The notes beneath the pieces are model-generated. The model was given only the letters and a program-made list of their open reading frames with translations, ran no database searches and was not told where the DNA came from. DNA of 62,695 bases, the filler included. It is 12 parts of 12 records of this genome, joined end to end, with 100 filler letters (N's around TTAATTAATTAA, not from the genome) between each part and the next. Parts side by side here need not be neighbours in the genome. Positions count along the whole stretch, not along the records: positions 41,524 to 52,899 come from SRR11831585_776; positions 53,000 to 55,279 come from SRR11831585_781; 10 more parts are not named here. The stretch is one strand, 5' to 3'. Both the position numbers and the translations under genes were made by a program. Of this stretch, positions 41,701 through 53,055 are shown in pieces; position 1 is the first letter of the stretch, and the number at the start of each line of letters is the position of its first letter.

Positions 41701-44340
41701 ATGCTGGGTAAATATAAAGCCGTTCTCGCGCTGTTATTACTGATTATTCTTGTGCCGTTGACGCTGCTGATGACGCTCGGGCTGTGGGTTCCCACGCTGG
41801 CGGGCATCTGGCTACCGCTCGGGACACGTATTGCATTAGATGAAAGCCCACGCATTACGCGTAAAGGTTTAATCATTCCCGATCTCCGTTATCTGGTGGG
41901 AGATTGTCAGCTTGCGCATATCACCAACGCCAGCCTTTCACATCCCAGCCGCTGGTTATTGAACGTCGGCACGGTAGAACTTGATTCTGCTTGTCTGGCG
42001 AAATTGCCGCAGACGGAGCAATCGCCAGCCGCTCCAAAAACACTCGCGCAGTGGCAGGCCATGCTGCCTAACACCTGGATCAATATCGATAAACTGATTT
42101 TTTCTCCCTGGCAGGAATGGCAGGGAAAACTCTCTCTCGCATTAACCTCTGATATCCAGCAACTGCGTTATCAGGGCGAAAAAGTTAAATTTCAAGGCCA
42201 GCTGAAAGGGCAACAACTTACAGTCAGCGAACTGGATGTCGTCGCGTTTGAAAATCAGCCGCCGGTAAAACTGGTGGGGGAATTTGCTATGCCGCTCGTG
42301 CCGGATGGACTTCCTGTAAGTGGGCATGCTACTGCGACGTTAAACTTGCCGCAGGAACCGTCACTGGTGGATGCCGAGCTGGACTGGCAGGAAAATAGCG
42401 GGCAATTGATCGTGCTGGCACGGGATAACGGCGATCCGTTGCTCGATTTGCCGTGGCAAATTACTCGTCAACAATTGACCGTAAGCGATGGTCGCTGGAG
42501 CTGGCCGTATGCAGGTTTTCCTTTGAGTGGCCGACTGGGTGTCAAAGTCGACAACTGGCAGGCAGGGCTTGAGAACGCTCTGGTCAGCGGACGACTGAGT
42601 GTGCTGACCCAGGGGCAAGCGGGTAAGGGCAACGCGGTGCTTAATTTTGGCCCAGGAAAATTAAGCATGGATAACAGTCAGCTGCCTCTGCAGCTGACCG
42701 GTGAAGCGAAACAGGCGGACCTCATTTTATATGCCCGTTTACCTGCGCAGCTAAGTGGAAGTCTGTCTGACCCAACGCTGACCTTTGAGCCAGGCGCGTT
42801 ACTTCGTTCAAAGGGAAGAGTCATCGATTCGCTGGACATCGATGAAATCCGCTGGCCTTTAGCGGGTGTAAAAGTCACCCAACGTGGTGTTGACGGACGT
42901 TTGCAGGCCATCTTGCAGGCGCATGAAAATGAACTGGGCGATTTCGTGCTGCATATGGATGGGCTGGCGAATGATTTTCTCCCTGACGCTGGCCGCTGGC
43001 AGTGGCGCTACTGGGGAAAAGGGAGTTTTACACCGATGAATGCCACCTGGGATGTCGCAGGAAAAGGTGAGTGGCATGACAGCACGATTACGCTGACCGA
43101 TCTCTCCACCGGTTTCGACCAGTTACAATACGGTACGATGACGGTAGAAAAGCCGCGATTAATTCTCGACAAGCCCATCGTCTGGGTACGTGACGCACAG
43201 CATCCCTCCTTTAGCGGCGCGCTGTCACTGGACGCCGGGCAAACGCTGTTCACTGGCGGCAGTGTGTTACCGCCATCAACCTTAAAATTTAGCGTCGATG
43301 GGCGCGATCCTACCTATTTCCTCTTTAAAGGCGATTTACATGCTGGTGAGATTGGCCCGGTTCGGGTAAATGGTCGCTGGGACGGTATTCGTCTGCGCGG
43401 TAACGCCTGGTGGCCTAAACAATCACTGACCGTATTCCAGCCGCTGGTGCCACCCGACTGGAAGATGAACTTACGCGATGGTGAACTGTATGCTCAGGTT
43501 GCATTTTCTGCTGCGCCTGAACAAGGATTCCGCGCGGGAGGACACGGCGTGTTGAAAGGCGGTAGTGCCTGGATGCCAGATAATCAGGTTAACGGTGTCG
43601 ATTTTGTCCTGCCTTTCCGTTTTGCCGATGGAGCCTGGCATCTGGGGACTCGCGGCCCCGTTACGTTGCGAATTGCCGAAGTGATTAATCTGGTGACAGC
43701 GAAAAATATTACGGCTGATTTGCAAGGGCGTTATCCGTGGACTGAAGAAGAACCCTTGCTGTTGACTGATGTTAGCGTCGATGTGTTAGGCGGTAACGTA
43801 CTGATGAAACAATTACGTATGCCGCAACATGACCCGGCGCTGTTGCGGCTGAATAATCTCTCATCCAGCGAACTGGTTAGCGCCGTCAATCCGAAACAAT
43901 TCGCCATGTCCGGGGCATTTAGTGGTGCACTGCCGTTATGGCTGAACAATGAAAAATGGATTGTGAAAGATGGCTGGCTGGCGAATAGCGGGCCGATGAC
44001 ATTGCGACTGGATAAAGACACTGCGGATGCGGTGGTAAAAGACAATATGACTGCGGGTTCAGCAATTAACTGGTTGCGCTATATGGAAATTAGCCGTTCA
44101 TCGACAAAAATTAATTTAGATAATCTCGGTTTATTAACCATGCAGGCCAACATTACAGGTACCAGTCGCGTTGATGGTAAAAGCGGTACGGTAAACCTTA
44201 ATTACCATCATGAAGAGAATATTTTTACGCTGTGGCGCAGTTTACGCTTTGGCGATAATCTCCAGGCATGGCTGGAGCAGAACGCACGTCTGCCGGGAAA
44301 TGACTGTCCGCAAGGAAAAGAGTGTGAGGAAAAACAATGA
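41701..44340 (+). CDS. ydbH: AsmA-like protein YdbH
   Basis: 879 aa with N-terminal anchor; operon with ynbE and ydbL. Confidence 0.93.
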   Translation: MLGKYKAVLALLLLIILVPLTLLMTLGLWVPTLAGIWLPLGTRIALDESPRITRKGLIIPDLRYLVGDCQLAHITNASLSHPSRWLLNVGTVELDSACLAKLPQTEQSPAAPKTLAQWQAMLPNTWINIDKLIFSPWQEWQGKLSLALTSDIQQLRYQGEKVKFQGQLKGQQLTVSELDVVAFENQPPVKLVGEFAMPLVPDGLPVSGHATATLNLPQEPSLVDAELDWQENSGQLIVLARDNGDPLLDLPWQITRQQLTVSDGRWSWPYAGFPLSGRLGVKVDNWQAGLENALVSGRLSVLTQGQAGKGNAVLNFGPGKLSMDNSQLPLQLTGEAKQADLILYARLPAQLSGSLSDPTLTFEPGALLRSKGRVIDSLDIDEIRWPLAGVKVTQRGVDGRLQAILQAHENELGDFVLHMDGLANDFLPDAGRWQWRYWGKGSFTPMNATWDVAGKGEWHDSTITLTDLSTGFDQLQYGTMTVEKPRLILDKPIVWVRDAQHPSFSGALSLDAGQTLFTGGSVLPPSTLKFSVDGRDPTYFLFKGDLHAGEIGPVRVNGRWDGIRLRGNAWWPKQSLTVFQPLVPPDWKMNLRDGELYAQVAFSAAPEQGFRAGGHGVLKGGSAWMPDNQVNGVDFVLPFRFADGAWHLGTRGPVTLRIAEVINLVTAKNITADLQGRYPWTEEEPLLLTDVSVDVLGGNVLMKQLRMPQHDPALLRLNNLSSSELVSAVNPKQFAMSGAFSGALPLWLNNEKWIVKDGWLANSGPMTLRLDKDTADAVVKDNMTAGSAINWLRYMEISRSSTKINLDNLGLLTMQANITGTSRVDGKSGTVNLNYHHEENIFTLWRSLRFGDNLQAWLEQNARLPGNDCPQGKECEEKQ

Positions 44341-44522
44341 AAATTTTACTGGCTGCGTTGACGTCATCTTTTATGCTGGTTGGCTGTACGCCTCGCATTG
44401 AAGTCGCTGCACCTAAGGAACCGATCACTATCAATATGAACGTTAAAATTGAGCATGAGATCATCATCAAGGCAGACAAAGATGTCGAAGAGCTGCTTGA
44501 AACTCGTAGCGATCTTTTCTGA
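44337..44522 (+). CDS. ynbE: Lipoprotein YnbE
   Basis: Lipobox LVGC; PITINMNVKIEHEI. Confidence 0.93.
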   Translation: MKILLAALTSSFMLVGCTPRIEVAAPKEPITINMNVKIEHEIIIKADKDVEELLETRSDLF

Positions 44523-44529
44523 GGTGATG

Positions 44530-44856
44530 ATGAAGAAAACATTACTTCTTTGTGCGTTTCTTGTTGGGCTGGTAAGCAGCAATGTAATGGCATTGACTCT
44601 GGATGAAGCCAGAACTCAGGGGCGGGTAGGTGAAACATTTTACGGTTATCTGGTTGCGCTGAAAACGGATGCTGAAACAGAGAAATTAGTAGCCGACATT
44701 AATGCCGAACGTAAAGCGAGTTACCAACAACTGGCAAAGCAAAATAATGTGTCGGTAGATGATATCGCGAAACTCGCCGGGCAAAAGCTCGTAGCTCGGG
44801 CCAAACCGGGGGAATATGTACAAGGGATAAACGGTAAATGGGTGCGAAAATTTTAA
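44530..44856 (+). CDS. ydbL: DUF1318 periplasmic protein YdbL
   Basis: Signal peptide; GRVGETFYGYL; GAGG RBS. Confidence 0.92.
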   Translation: MKKTLLLCAFLVGLVSSNVMALTLDEARTQGRVGETFYGYLVALKTDAETEKLVADINAERKASYQQLAKQNNVSVDDIAKLAGQKLVARAKPGEYVQGINGKWVRKF

Positions 44857-45027
44857 TAGCAAAACCGCAATATCGGGATAACGCTACAGGAGAAGGCGAT
44901 TGATCTATTTTCCTGAAACAAGGTGAATATTCAAAAACTCCTGTCAAATTGCCTTTTGCCCTGAAAAATGCATAGTCAAATATCTGTTTTAACTAATTGG
45001 CGTTGCAGTACATGCAACGCCAATTAG

Positions 45028-45933
45028 TTAGCGGAATTTACGTCGATACTCGCCTGGCGTCATCCCAAAGCGTTGCTTAAATACCGTTGAAAAATGACTC
45101 TGGTCAGAAAATCCCCAATGAAAGCCGATGCCTGCCAGTTTTTCATCATCTGCGGCATGGCGAATCGCATCTGCACAAAAATCGAGACGACGGTTACGAA
45201 TATATTGCGCGACTACCAAACCTTTATCGGCAAACATTCGGTACAAACTACGTACTGACATACCTGTCTCTCCGGCTATCCACTCCGGGCGTAATATCTC
45301 TTCGCGAATATTATCGTCTATCAACGTAACCACTTTTTGAAACTGACGTTCACGACGAGGTTGAACAGATTCCCGCTGATGAAGTACCGGGCGCAGCAGA
45401 CACACCATCGCCTGTAGCGCAGCTTCACTTTCTGTTTCAGAAAGTGCCGGATTATTCATGCTCTCCTGTAACAGGCGATGACTGAGTTGCACCATGGGTA
45501 AGTCAGCGTCCAGTCTTTCTGCGCAGATAGGTTTTTGATGGGGAAAATATTGTTCCAGCAGAGTGCGTGGCAAAAGTAATGAAATCTGTTTAGAAGACTC
45601 CTGCCAGTAAAGCGAACAGGGGCGTGAGGCATCGAGTAACGTAATATCGCCAGCGCCAATCTGCACCTGACGCTCATCCTGCTCCATTATTGCCTGACCA
45701 CTAAGCTGAAAAACGGTGTAAAACCAGGCATCGTCGCTGCCTTTTACTTCCTGCCAGGTGCGGGATAAATTCACCCCGCTGGTTGTCACGGTACTCAGCT
45801 TTAGTCCTTTGGCAAAATGCGTGTCCAGTACACCCGTGTAACGCTCAGTCAGCAGGCGTCCGGTAAAATTTCCGCATACCTGATTGATTTGGGAAAGCCA
45901 TTGCTGAAACTCATTATCCACTGCGGGGTTCAT
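45028..45933 (-). CDS. feaR: AraC-family activator FeaR
   Basis: WGFSDQSHFSTVFKQRFG; divergent from feaB. Confidence 0.96.
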   Translation of the reverse strand: MNPAVDNEFQQWLSQINQVCGNFTGRLLTERYTGVLDTHFAKGLKLSTVTTSGVNLSRTWQEVKGSDDAWFYTVFQLSGQAIMEQDERQVQIGAGDITLLDASRPCSLYWQESSKQISLLLPRTLLEQYFPHQKPICAERLDADLPMVQLSHRLLQESMNNPALSETESEAALQAMVCLLRPVLHQRESVQPRRERQFQKVVTLIDDNIREEILRPEWIAGETGMSVRSLYRMFADKGLVVAQYIRNRRLDFCADAIRHAADDEKLAGIGFHWGFSDQSHFSTVFKQRFGMTPGEYRRKFR

Positions 45934-46071
45934 GGCACGTTTTCGCTCTGTGAAATGTATTTTTATTGTTGCATTTGTGTTGCAATAAACGAAGCTAATG
46001 AGCCTGACTATAGGAAATAAGTCTTGTCAGGCATAGAGACATAAGCGGTTATTGTCACGATTTGCGGAGCT

Positions 46072-46108
46072 TGTCACAGCTGACAAAGCGAATGTCACAG
46101 CGAAAAAA
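46072..46108 (+). promoter_or_regulatory. Direct-repeat FeaR-type sites upstream of feaB
   Basis: TGTCA-N8-AAA twice, 21 bp apart. Confidence 0.65.
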
Positions 46109-46168
46109 GTGACTTTTCTTGTCGCTGCGTACACTGAAATCACACTGGGTAAATAATAAGGAAAAGTG

Positions 46169-47668
46169 ATGACAGAGCCGCATGTAGCAGTATTAAGCCA
46201 GGTCCAACAGTTTCTCGATCGTCAACACGGTCTTTATATTGATGGTCGTCCTGGCCCCGCACAAAGTGAAAAACGGTTGGCGATCTTTGATCCGGCCACC
46301 GGGCAAGAAATTGCGTCTACTGCTGATGCCAACGAAGCGGATGTAGATAACGCAGTCATGTCTGCCTGGCGGGCCTTTGTCTCGCGTCGCTGGGCCGGGC
46401 GATTACCCGCAGAGCGTGAACGTATTCTGCTACGTTTTGCTGATCTGGTGGAGCAGCACAGTGAGGAGCTGGCGCAACTGGAAACCCTGGAGCAAGGCAA
46501 GTCAATTGCCATTTCCCGTGCTTTTGAAGTGGGCTGTACGCTGAACTGGATGCGTTATACCGCCGGGTTAACGACCAAAATCGCGGGTAAAACGCTGGAC
46601 TTGTCGATTCCCTTACCCCAGGGGGCGCGTTATCAGGCCTGGACGCGTAAAGAGCCGGTTGGCGTAGTGGCGGGAATTGTGCCATGGAACTTTCCGTTGA
46701 TGATTGGTATGTGGAAGGTGATGCCAGCACTGGCAGCAGGCTGTTCAATCGTGATTAAGCCTTCGGAAACCACGCCACTGACGATGTTGCGCGTGGCGGA
46801 ACTGGCCAGCGAGGCTGGTATCCCTGATGGCGTTTTTAATGTCGTCACCGGGTCAGGTGCTGTATGCGGCGCGGCCCTGACGTCACATCCTCATGTTGCG
46901 AAAATCAGTTTTACCGGTTCAACCGCGACGGGAAAAGGTATTGCCAGAACTGCTGCTGATCACTTAACGCGTGTAACGCTGGAACTGGGCGGTAAAAACC
47001 CGGCAATTGTATTAAAAGATGCTGATCCGCAATGGGTTATTGAAGGCTTGATGACCGGAAGCTTCCTGAATCAAGGGCAAGTATGCGCCGCCAGTTCGCG
47101 AATTTATATTGAAGCGCCGTTGTTTGACACGCTGGTTAGTGGATTTGAGCAGGCGGTAAAATCGTTGCAAGTGGGACCGGGGATGTCACCTGTTGCACAG
47201 ATTAACCCTTTGGTTTCTCGTGCGCACTGCGACAAAGTGTGTTCATTCCTCGACGATGCGCAGGCACAGCAAGCAGAGCTGATTCGCGGGTCGAATGGAC
47301 CAGCCGGAGAGGGGTATTATGTTGCGCCAACGCTGGTGGTAAATCCCGATGCTAAATTGCGCTTAACTCGTGAAGAGGTGTTTGGTCCGGTGGTAAACCT
47401 GGTGCGAGTAGCGGATGGAGAAGAGGCGTTACAACTGGCAAACGACACGGAATATGGCTTAACTGCCAGTGTCTGGACGCAAAATCTCTCCCAGGCTCTG
47501 GAATATAGCGATCGCTTACAGGCAGGGACGGTGTGGGTAAACAGCCATACCTTAATTGACGCTAACTTACCGTTTGGTGGGATGAAGCAGTCAGGAACGG
47601 GCCGTGATTTTGGCCCCGACTGGCTGGACGGTTGGTGTGAAACTAAGTCGGTGTGTGTACGGTATTAA
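46169..47668 (+). CDS. feaB: Phenylacetaldehyde dehydrogenase
   Basis: PWNFP, LELGGK, NQGQVC, EEVFGP. Confidence 0.97.
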
Positions 47669-47686
47669 TCTGGTTCGCTCATAAGT

Positions 47687-47714
47687 AAAAAACGGCACCT
47701 GGTGCCGTTTTTTT
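47687..47714. terminator. Bidirectional terminator between feaB and tynA
   Basis: AAAAAACGGCACC-T-GGTGCCGTTTTTTT. Confidence 0.85.
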
Positions 47715-47725
47715 GTCTGAAACAA

Positions 47726-49999
47726 TCACTTATCTTTCTTCAGCGCCCCTAGCGTTGGCGTTTCGTCAAAGAAGTTCCATGGTTTCAGCAGAGTATGTAC
47801 CCATTCGGTCGGCATAATCGGCCACTCTTCGGCGCGGGCCACATGTGTGGTGCCGGTGGTCATCCAGACAACGGCGTCGGTGTTGTCCAGCGACTCGTTA
47901 TCCTTACTGTATTGTCCAAGACCGGTGTCATGAGTAGAACGGTTCGGATATTTGCCTTCCGGGAAACGCTCGCCAGGATGATAACGCGTTACCCAGAGCT
48001 GCTTGTCCATAAAGCTTAAACGATGATAGATCCACTCGTCCGGCGCGAACTGGGCACCTTTTGCTACCGGGTGAGTACCACCTGCATAAGGAATAATTTG
48101 ATAGGAAACCGGATTGCCCATGCGGTTCTCTTTGTTCGGGTTACTCAACAGACGAATCGTGCCCGGATCAAATTTCTGTGCGGCATCCTGTTCATTGCCG
48201 ATGTTGTACTGATTAACTTGCATGGTACTGGTGCGTGGGCCACCGGCAGTATTCGGTTTTACCACTGGGTCCATCGCCACCAGGCTGTTATTCTCGCCAT
48301 CTACATCCAGATCGAGGCGGAAATTATAAATATGTTGGTGTGTAGTACCCACGATATTGTGATCGATAAGCGTGCCGTAGCGCGTGTCATCTTTCGCCGT
48401 CTCATCGTGCATGGTTTTCGCTTTAACACCTTTCACCGCTTCGATGCCCGTAGCACCGGCATCGATGCCAATAGTGCCGTTTTCATGGAAGATCCAGTCA
48501 AAAATGTAGTCATAGTTACCCACTGTACTGATCCAGCGCACCACTAACTCCCGGCGTTCGGTACTGACGTTGGGCTGGCCCATTTCCTGATGCTTATACT
48601 CCGGCCCGGCATAACGTTCAAATACCGCGATAGCGCGAGGGATCTCCATCGGCACGCCAGTGTAGTCGGCGATGGTTTCATTAAGGAGCACTGCGTTAGA
48701 CGGGGCATCTTTACCACGAGCAATTGGTGAGGTTAGCGTGCCCATACCGTAGTCACCAGAGTCCAGATACGCTTTAAAGTACCAGCCAATATCAGGATCA
48801 CCGTAAGGCACAATCATGCCGCCGAGAGAACCTTCGTACATGACTTTGCGTTTGGTGCCATTGTCGTTATAAGTCACGGTGGAGATCATCGGCCCGACGC
48901 GAGAGTTCATGCTGAGGTGAAAATCCCAGTTCCGCCAGTGAATCATATCGCCAGTAATGGTGTAATTTTTACCTTCAGGCTCAATGATTTGCATAGGCTT
49001 AACTGCCGGAGCAACGCGGTCACGGCCATCAAATGGGCGTGCGGTCATTGGCACCGGAACTACCGGACCTTCTTCAATCTTAACGATTTTTTTCTGTTCT
49101 AAATCAACGACCGCCACCAGGTTTTCGATGGGATGTGCCCAGTAGTTGCCATCACCGACATCAAGATAGCTGATGACTTTGAGCAACCGGGCATCTTGTT
49201 TCAGGCCATCTTTACCATCGAAATAACCTACGGTCAGCGGCGTGGTAATCACTTTTTTCGCATCAGTAATACCGCGTTTCTTCACGGCAGCGGCAAATTC
49301 TTCACTGTTGTTAATAATGTTCTGCACACTGGCGAAATCATCCAGCAACACCATACCGTGGGCGTCTTTAATGGGTTGCCAGGAGAGCAGTTTGTTGTTT
49401 TGCAGATCCACCACCGCTTCGATGATATGTTTGCCGTCGAGCATAATGACGTCGGCTTTGCGCGGCTGGTCAACCGGTTTGTTTTCCAGCGCAAACGCCC
49501 AGACAGCTTCTTTATCTGGCGGTAGCAGGGAGATCTCAGTAAAACGGGTATTGGGTTTGAAGTCCGCGGAAGCTTTAACAATTTCAACGGCCTGTTTAAT
49601 TTCGTCCGCAGTTAGCGCATTAAGTGGGTGAGGGCGCTTTTCTACCTGAAAGGTTTGATCCAGCCCGGACTGGAAAACATCGTTAATAAAGGTGTCAGAA
49701 ACCCAGGCTTTATTGTCTTTCATCACTACCGGTACTTGCAGTGCCAGAGGCTGACCATTAACAATTGCTGTTTGCGCACCAGGCTTCACTTTCACGTACG
49801 CGCCATCTTTAATCAGGGTAAAGAGCTGGGCGTAGTCGTCCCACTGCACATCGGCACCAAATTCTTTAAGCGTTTTATCCATTGGCACCATATGCGCTTC
49901 ACCACCGTGGGCAAATACCGGCGCTTGCCAGGCGAAACTTAAGGCGACTGCCAACGCCAGGGTTGTTTTACGGGCAGAATACAGAGAGGGGCTTCCCAT
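47726..49999 (-). CDS. tynA: Copper/topaquinone primary amine oxidase
   Basis: TVGNYDY and HQH motifs; 757 aa from MGSPSLY. Confidence 0.98.
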   Translation of the reverse strand: MGSPSLYSARKTTLALAVALSFAWQAPVFAHGGEAHMVPMDKTLKEFGADVQWDDYAQLFTLIKDGAYVKVKPGAQTAIVNGQPLALQVPVVMKDNKAWVSDTFINDVFQSGLDQTFQVEKRPHPLNALTADEIKQAVEIVKASADFKPNTRFTEISLLPPDKEAVWAFALENKPVDQPRKADVIMLDGKHIIEAVVDLQNNKLLSWQPIKDAHGMVLLDDFASVQNIINNSEEFAAAVKKRGITDAKKVITTPLTVGYFDGKDGLKQDARLLKVISYLDVGDGNYWAHPIENLVAVVDLEQKKIVKIEEGPVVPVPMTARPFDGRDRVAPAVKPMQIIEPEGKNYTITGDMIHWRNWDFHLSMNSRVGPMISTVTYNDNGTKRKVMYEGSLGGMIVPYGDPDIGWYFKAYLDSGDYGMGTLTSPIARGKDAPSNAVLLNETIADYTGVPMEIPRAIAVFERYAGPEYKHQEMGQPNVSTERRELVVRWISTVGNYDYIFDWIFHENGTIGIDAGATGIEAVKGVKAKTMHDETAKDDTRYGTLIDHNIVGTTHQHIYNFRLDLDVDGENNSLVAMDPVVKPNTAGGPRTSTMQVNQYNIGNEQDAAQKFDPGTIRLLSNPNKENRMGNPVSYQIIPYAGGTHPVAKGAQFAPDEWIYHRLSFMDKQLWVTRYHPGERFPEGKYPNRSTHDTGLGQYSKDNESLDNTDAVVWMTTGTTHVARAEEWPIMPTEWVHTLLKPWNFFDETPTLGALKKDK

Positions 50000-50246
50000 T
50001 ATTAACCTCGTCAGATGTTGTGTTCTTGTTAGCAACCGCGCTCTGTGGGCGGTTTAGTCAGGTTCACATTATCAGTACTGATGCAAAGGGGATTGCCTGC
50101 ACCTGCCAGGTTGTTTGGCAGGTGTGCCAGCTTTTCATACAGTGGATGCCCTGAAAATAGATGTACACATCATGCATAATGTGACAACGTCACAAAACTT
50201 AGTGAAATAAAAGGGCAACTATTCGCCGTTGCCCTTCATTCACCGA

Positions 50247-52292
50247 TTAATCGACAAAATCACCGTGCTGCCTGGCCACCAGCGTCAGAATTGAATACAG
50301 CGCCACCGGGGTTTGATGCTGATTGAATACCTCTACAGCCCATTCCACCACACCTGTTGGTTTTTCTTCTGCGCTACGCTGTTTTTTCAGCGTCTTGCGC
50401 TTACAGGTGAGACGCACCTGGATGGTATCGCCTGGCTTTACGGGTTCGATAAAACGCAAGCTTTCCAGCCCGTAGTTAGCAATGACCGGACCGACACCGG
50501 CATCGACAAACAGACCCGCAGCCGCAGAAAGCACAAAATACCCATGCACCACCCGCTCACCGAAAATAGATTCGGCAGCAGCAATCTTATCCATATGTGC
50601 ATAGAAATGATCGCCGCTGAGGCAAGCAAAGTTAACAATATCGGCCTCTGTCATTGTGCGGCGGGGAGTCAACAGGCTGTCGCCTGGTTGTAGCTCCTCA
50701 AAATATTTGCGGAACGGATGAATACGATCTTCTTCGACTTTCGCACCGCGCACCCACTGTTTACTGATAGCGGCAAGCATCGTCGGACTACCCTGAACAG
50801 CGGTTCGCTGCATGTAATGTTTCACCGCTCGTAAACCGCCTAATTCTTCACCGCCTCCTGCGCGACCAGGCCCACCATGTACCAGTTGTGGCAGTGGGGA
50901 GCCATGCCCGGTGGATTCTTTTGCCGACTCTTCATTGAGGATCTGAATTCGCCCATGCGTACGTGCCGCGTCGGCAATAAACTGACGCGCAATTTGCGGA
51001 TCAGCCGTCACCAGCGTTCCCGCAAGGCTACCGCCGCCTGCACAAGCCAGTTGCAGAGCATGTCGCTGGTTTTGTGCTGGCATCAGCGTTGCGACAGGGC
51101 CAAAGGCTTCTGTTGCATGTACCGCCGGTGTTTCATCCGGCTGCGGACAGTACAATAAGGTTGGCGGGAAGAAGGCACCCGCAGCAGATAAATCCGCCTG
51201 ACCACCGAGGCGAATCTCGCATCCTGCAGCCAGCAATATGTTCACTTTTTCCTGCACATCGGCACGCTGCTCAGCATTTACCAGTGCGCCCATTTTCACG
51301 CCTTCCTGAGCAGGATCACCGACCACGACTTTCTGTAATCGCGCAACCAGAGCATCACTGACAGCATTAACCAATGCCTGCGGCACAATAATCCGCCGGA
51401 TTGCCGTACATTTTTGCCCGGCTTTTGTGGTCATCTCACGCACAACTTCACGAATAAACAGCGCAAACTCCGGTTGATCCGGGGTGACATCTTCGCCCAG
51501 TACGCAGCAGTTCAGGGAATCAGCTTCCATAGTGAAGGGGATAGATTTGGCGACGATATTTGGCTGAACTCGCAGCATCTGTCCGGTCGCCGCTGACCCC
51601 GTGAAAGTCACCACATCCTGGCTGTCCAGATGATCCAACAAGTCGCCAGCACTACCGCAGATCAGACTAATTGCGCCTTCGGGAACAAGACCACTATCGA
51701 CAATTGATTTCACCATCGCCTGAGTCAGTTGGGCCGTCGCGGTAGCTGGTTTGATGATGGCTGGCATTCCGCCCAGCCACGTTGGTGCCAGCTTTTCCAG
51801 CATTCCCCAGCAGGGGAAGTTAAAGGCGTTAATATGCACTGCCACGCCTGACTTTGAGGTCAGTAAATGGCGCGCGGCAAATCCACCTTCTTTCGATAAG
51901 GGGATCAATTCATCTTCCGGCCACAGCGTATCGTCAGGCAGCTCCCGGCTACCGAGGCTGGCGTAAGTAAATAACGTCCCAATGCCACCTTCAATATCAA
52001 CCCAACTGTCTGCCCGCGTTGCGCCTGTTTGCGCAGAAAGAGCATAGAAACGCTCTTTTTCACTCAGCAGATGTTTAGCGACCGCTTTAAGCATCGCCGC
52101 ACGTTCGATAAAGGTCATAGCGCGAAGGGCGGGGGCACCTTTTTCAATGGCAAACTGGCGGGCAGCCGCCATATCAAGACCTTCACTGGTCACTTCCCAT
52201 AACGCCTCGCCGCTAATAGCGTGGTGAATCAAACGGCTACGGCCCCGGCCAGACTGCCAGGTACCGGATAAGAAACTGGCTAACTGCTGCAT
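50247..52292 (-). CDS. paaZ: Oxepin-CoA hydrolase / semialdehyde dehydrogenase
   Basis: ALDH domain (AGQKCTA) plus C-terminal MaoC domain; 681 aa. Confidence 0.97.
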
Positions 52293-52576
52293 CGCTACTC
52301 TCCAGATGTTTCACATTTCTGTTGCTAATAGTTAAATCGCGAATCATAAAAAGCAAAGGATCTTTTAACGAAATGTTAACTATGCGATCTGTATAGCAAC
52401 TGCGGAAAACATTAATGCACTGATAAATAATGATTTATAAAAATAGGGTGCGAAATCCGTCACAGTTCAAACATACAAAATTTGTGATTTTACTTAACTA
52501 TTGTGTAACTTTCATAAAACAATGTGATTCGTGTTTTTAATTAATTCACGAAAACTGGAATCGTAAAGGTGATGAC

Positions 52577-52899
52577 GTGACCCAAGAAGAACGCTTTGAG
52601 CAACGGATAGCCCAGGAAACGGCTATCGAGCCACAGGACTGAATGCCCGATGCTTACCGAAAGACATTGATCCGCCAGATTGGGCAGCATGCGCACTCCG
52701 AGATTGTTGGTATGTTGCCTGAAGGTAACTGGATCACTCGCGCACCAACCTTGCGGCGTAAAGCCATTCTGTTGGCCAAAGTGCAGGATGAAGCCGGTCA
52801 TGGTCTGTATCTCTATAGCGCCGCCGAAACACTGGGCTGCGCCAGAGAAGACATCTACCAAAAAATGCTCGACGGACGGATGAAATATTCCTCCATCTT
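52577..52899 (+). pseudogene. paaA: Phenylacetyl-CoA epoxidase subunit A, 5' part, with nonsense codon 22
   Basis: GTG-TQEERFEQRIAQETAIEPQD-TGA(52640-52642)[20 protein letters not shown]..DEAGH. Confidence 0.85.
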
Positions 52900-52999
52900 N
52901 NNNNNNNNNNNNNNNNNNNNNNNNNNNNNNNNNNNNNNNNNNNTTAATTAATTAANNNNNNNNNNNNNNNNNNNNNNNNNNNNNNNNNNNNNNNNNNNN
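52900..52999. other. Artificial contig spacer 8 (E. coli to eukaryote)
   Basis: N44-TTAATTAATTAA-N44. Confidence 0.99.
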
Positions 53000-53055
53000 C
53001 ACACACACGTACACATACACACACGCACATACAGCAACACACTCGGGGACCGTAC

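Noticed and set aside
41701-44856. ydbH-ynbE-ydbL with tamAB and bamC as an envelope-biogenesis cluster
   Set aside because: Known genes on separate contigs; their co-occurrence is an artefact of concatenation.
52534-52546. TTAATTAATT in the paaA promoter as a stray linker
   Set aside because: No flanking Ns; it sits in a natural AT-rich regulatory region.
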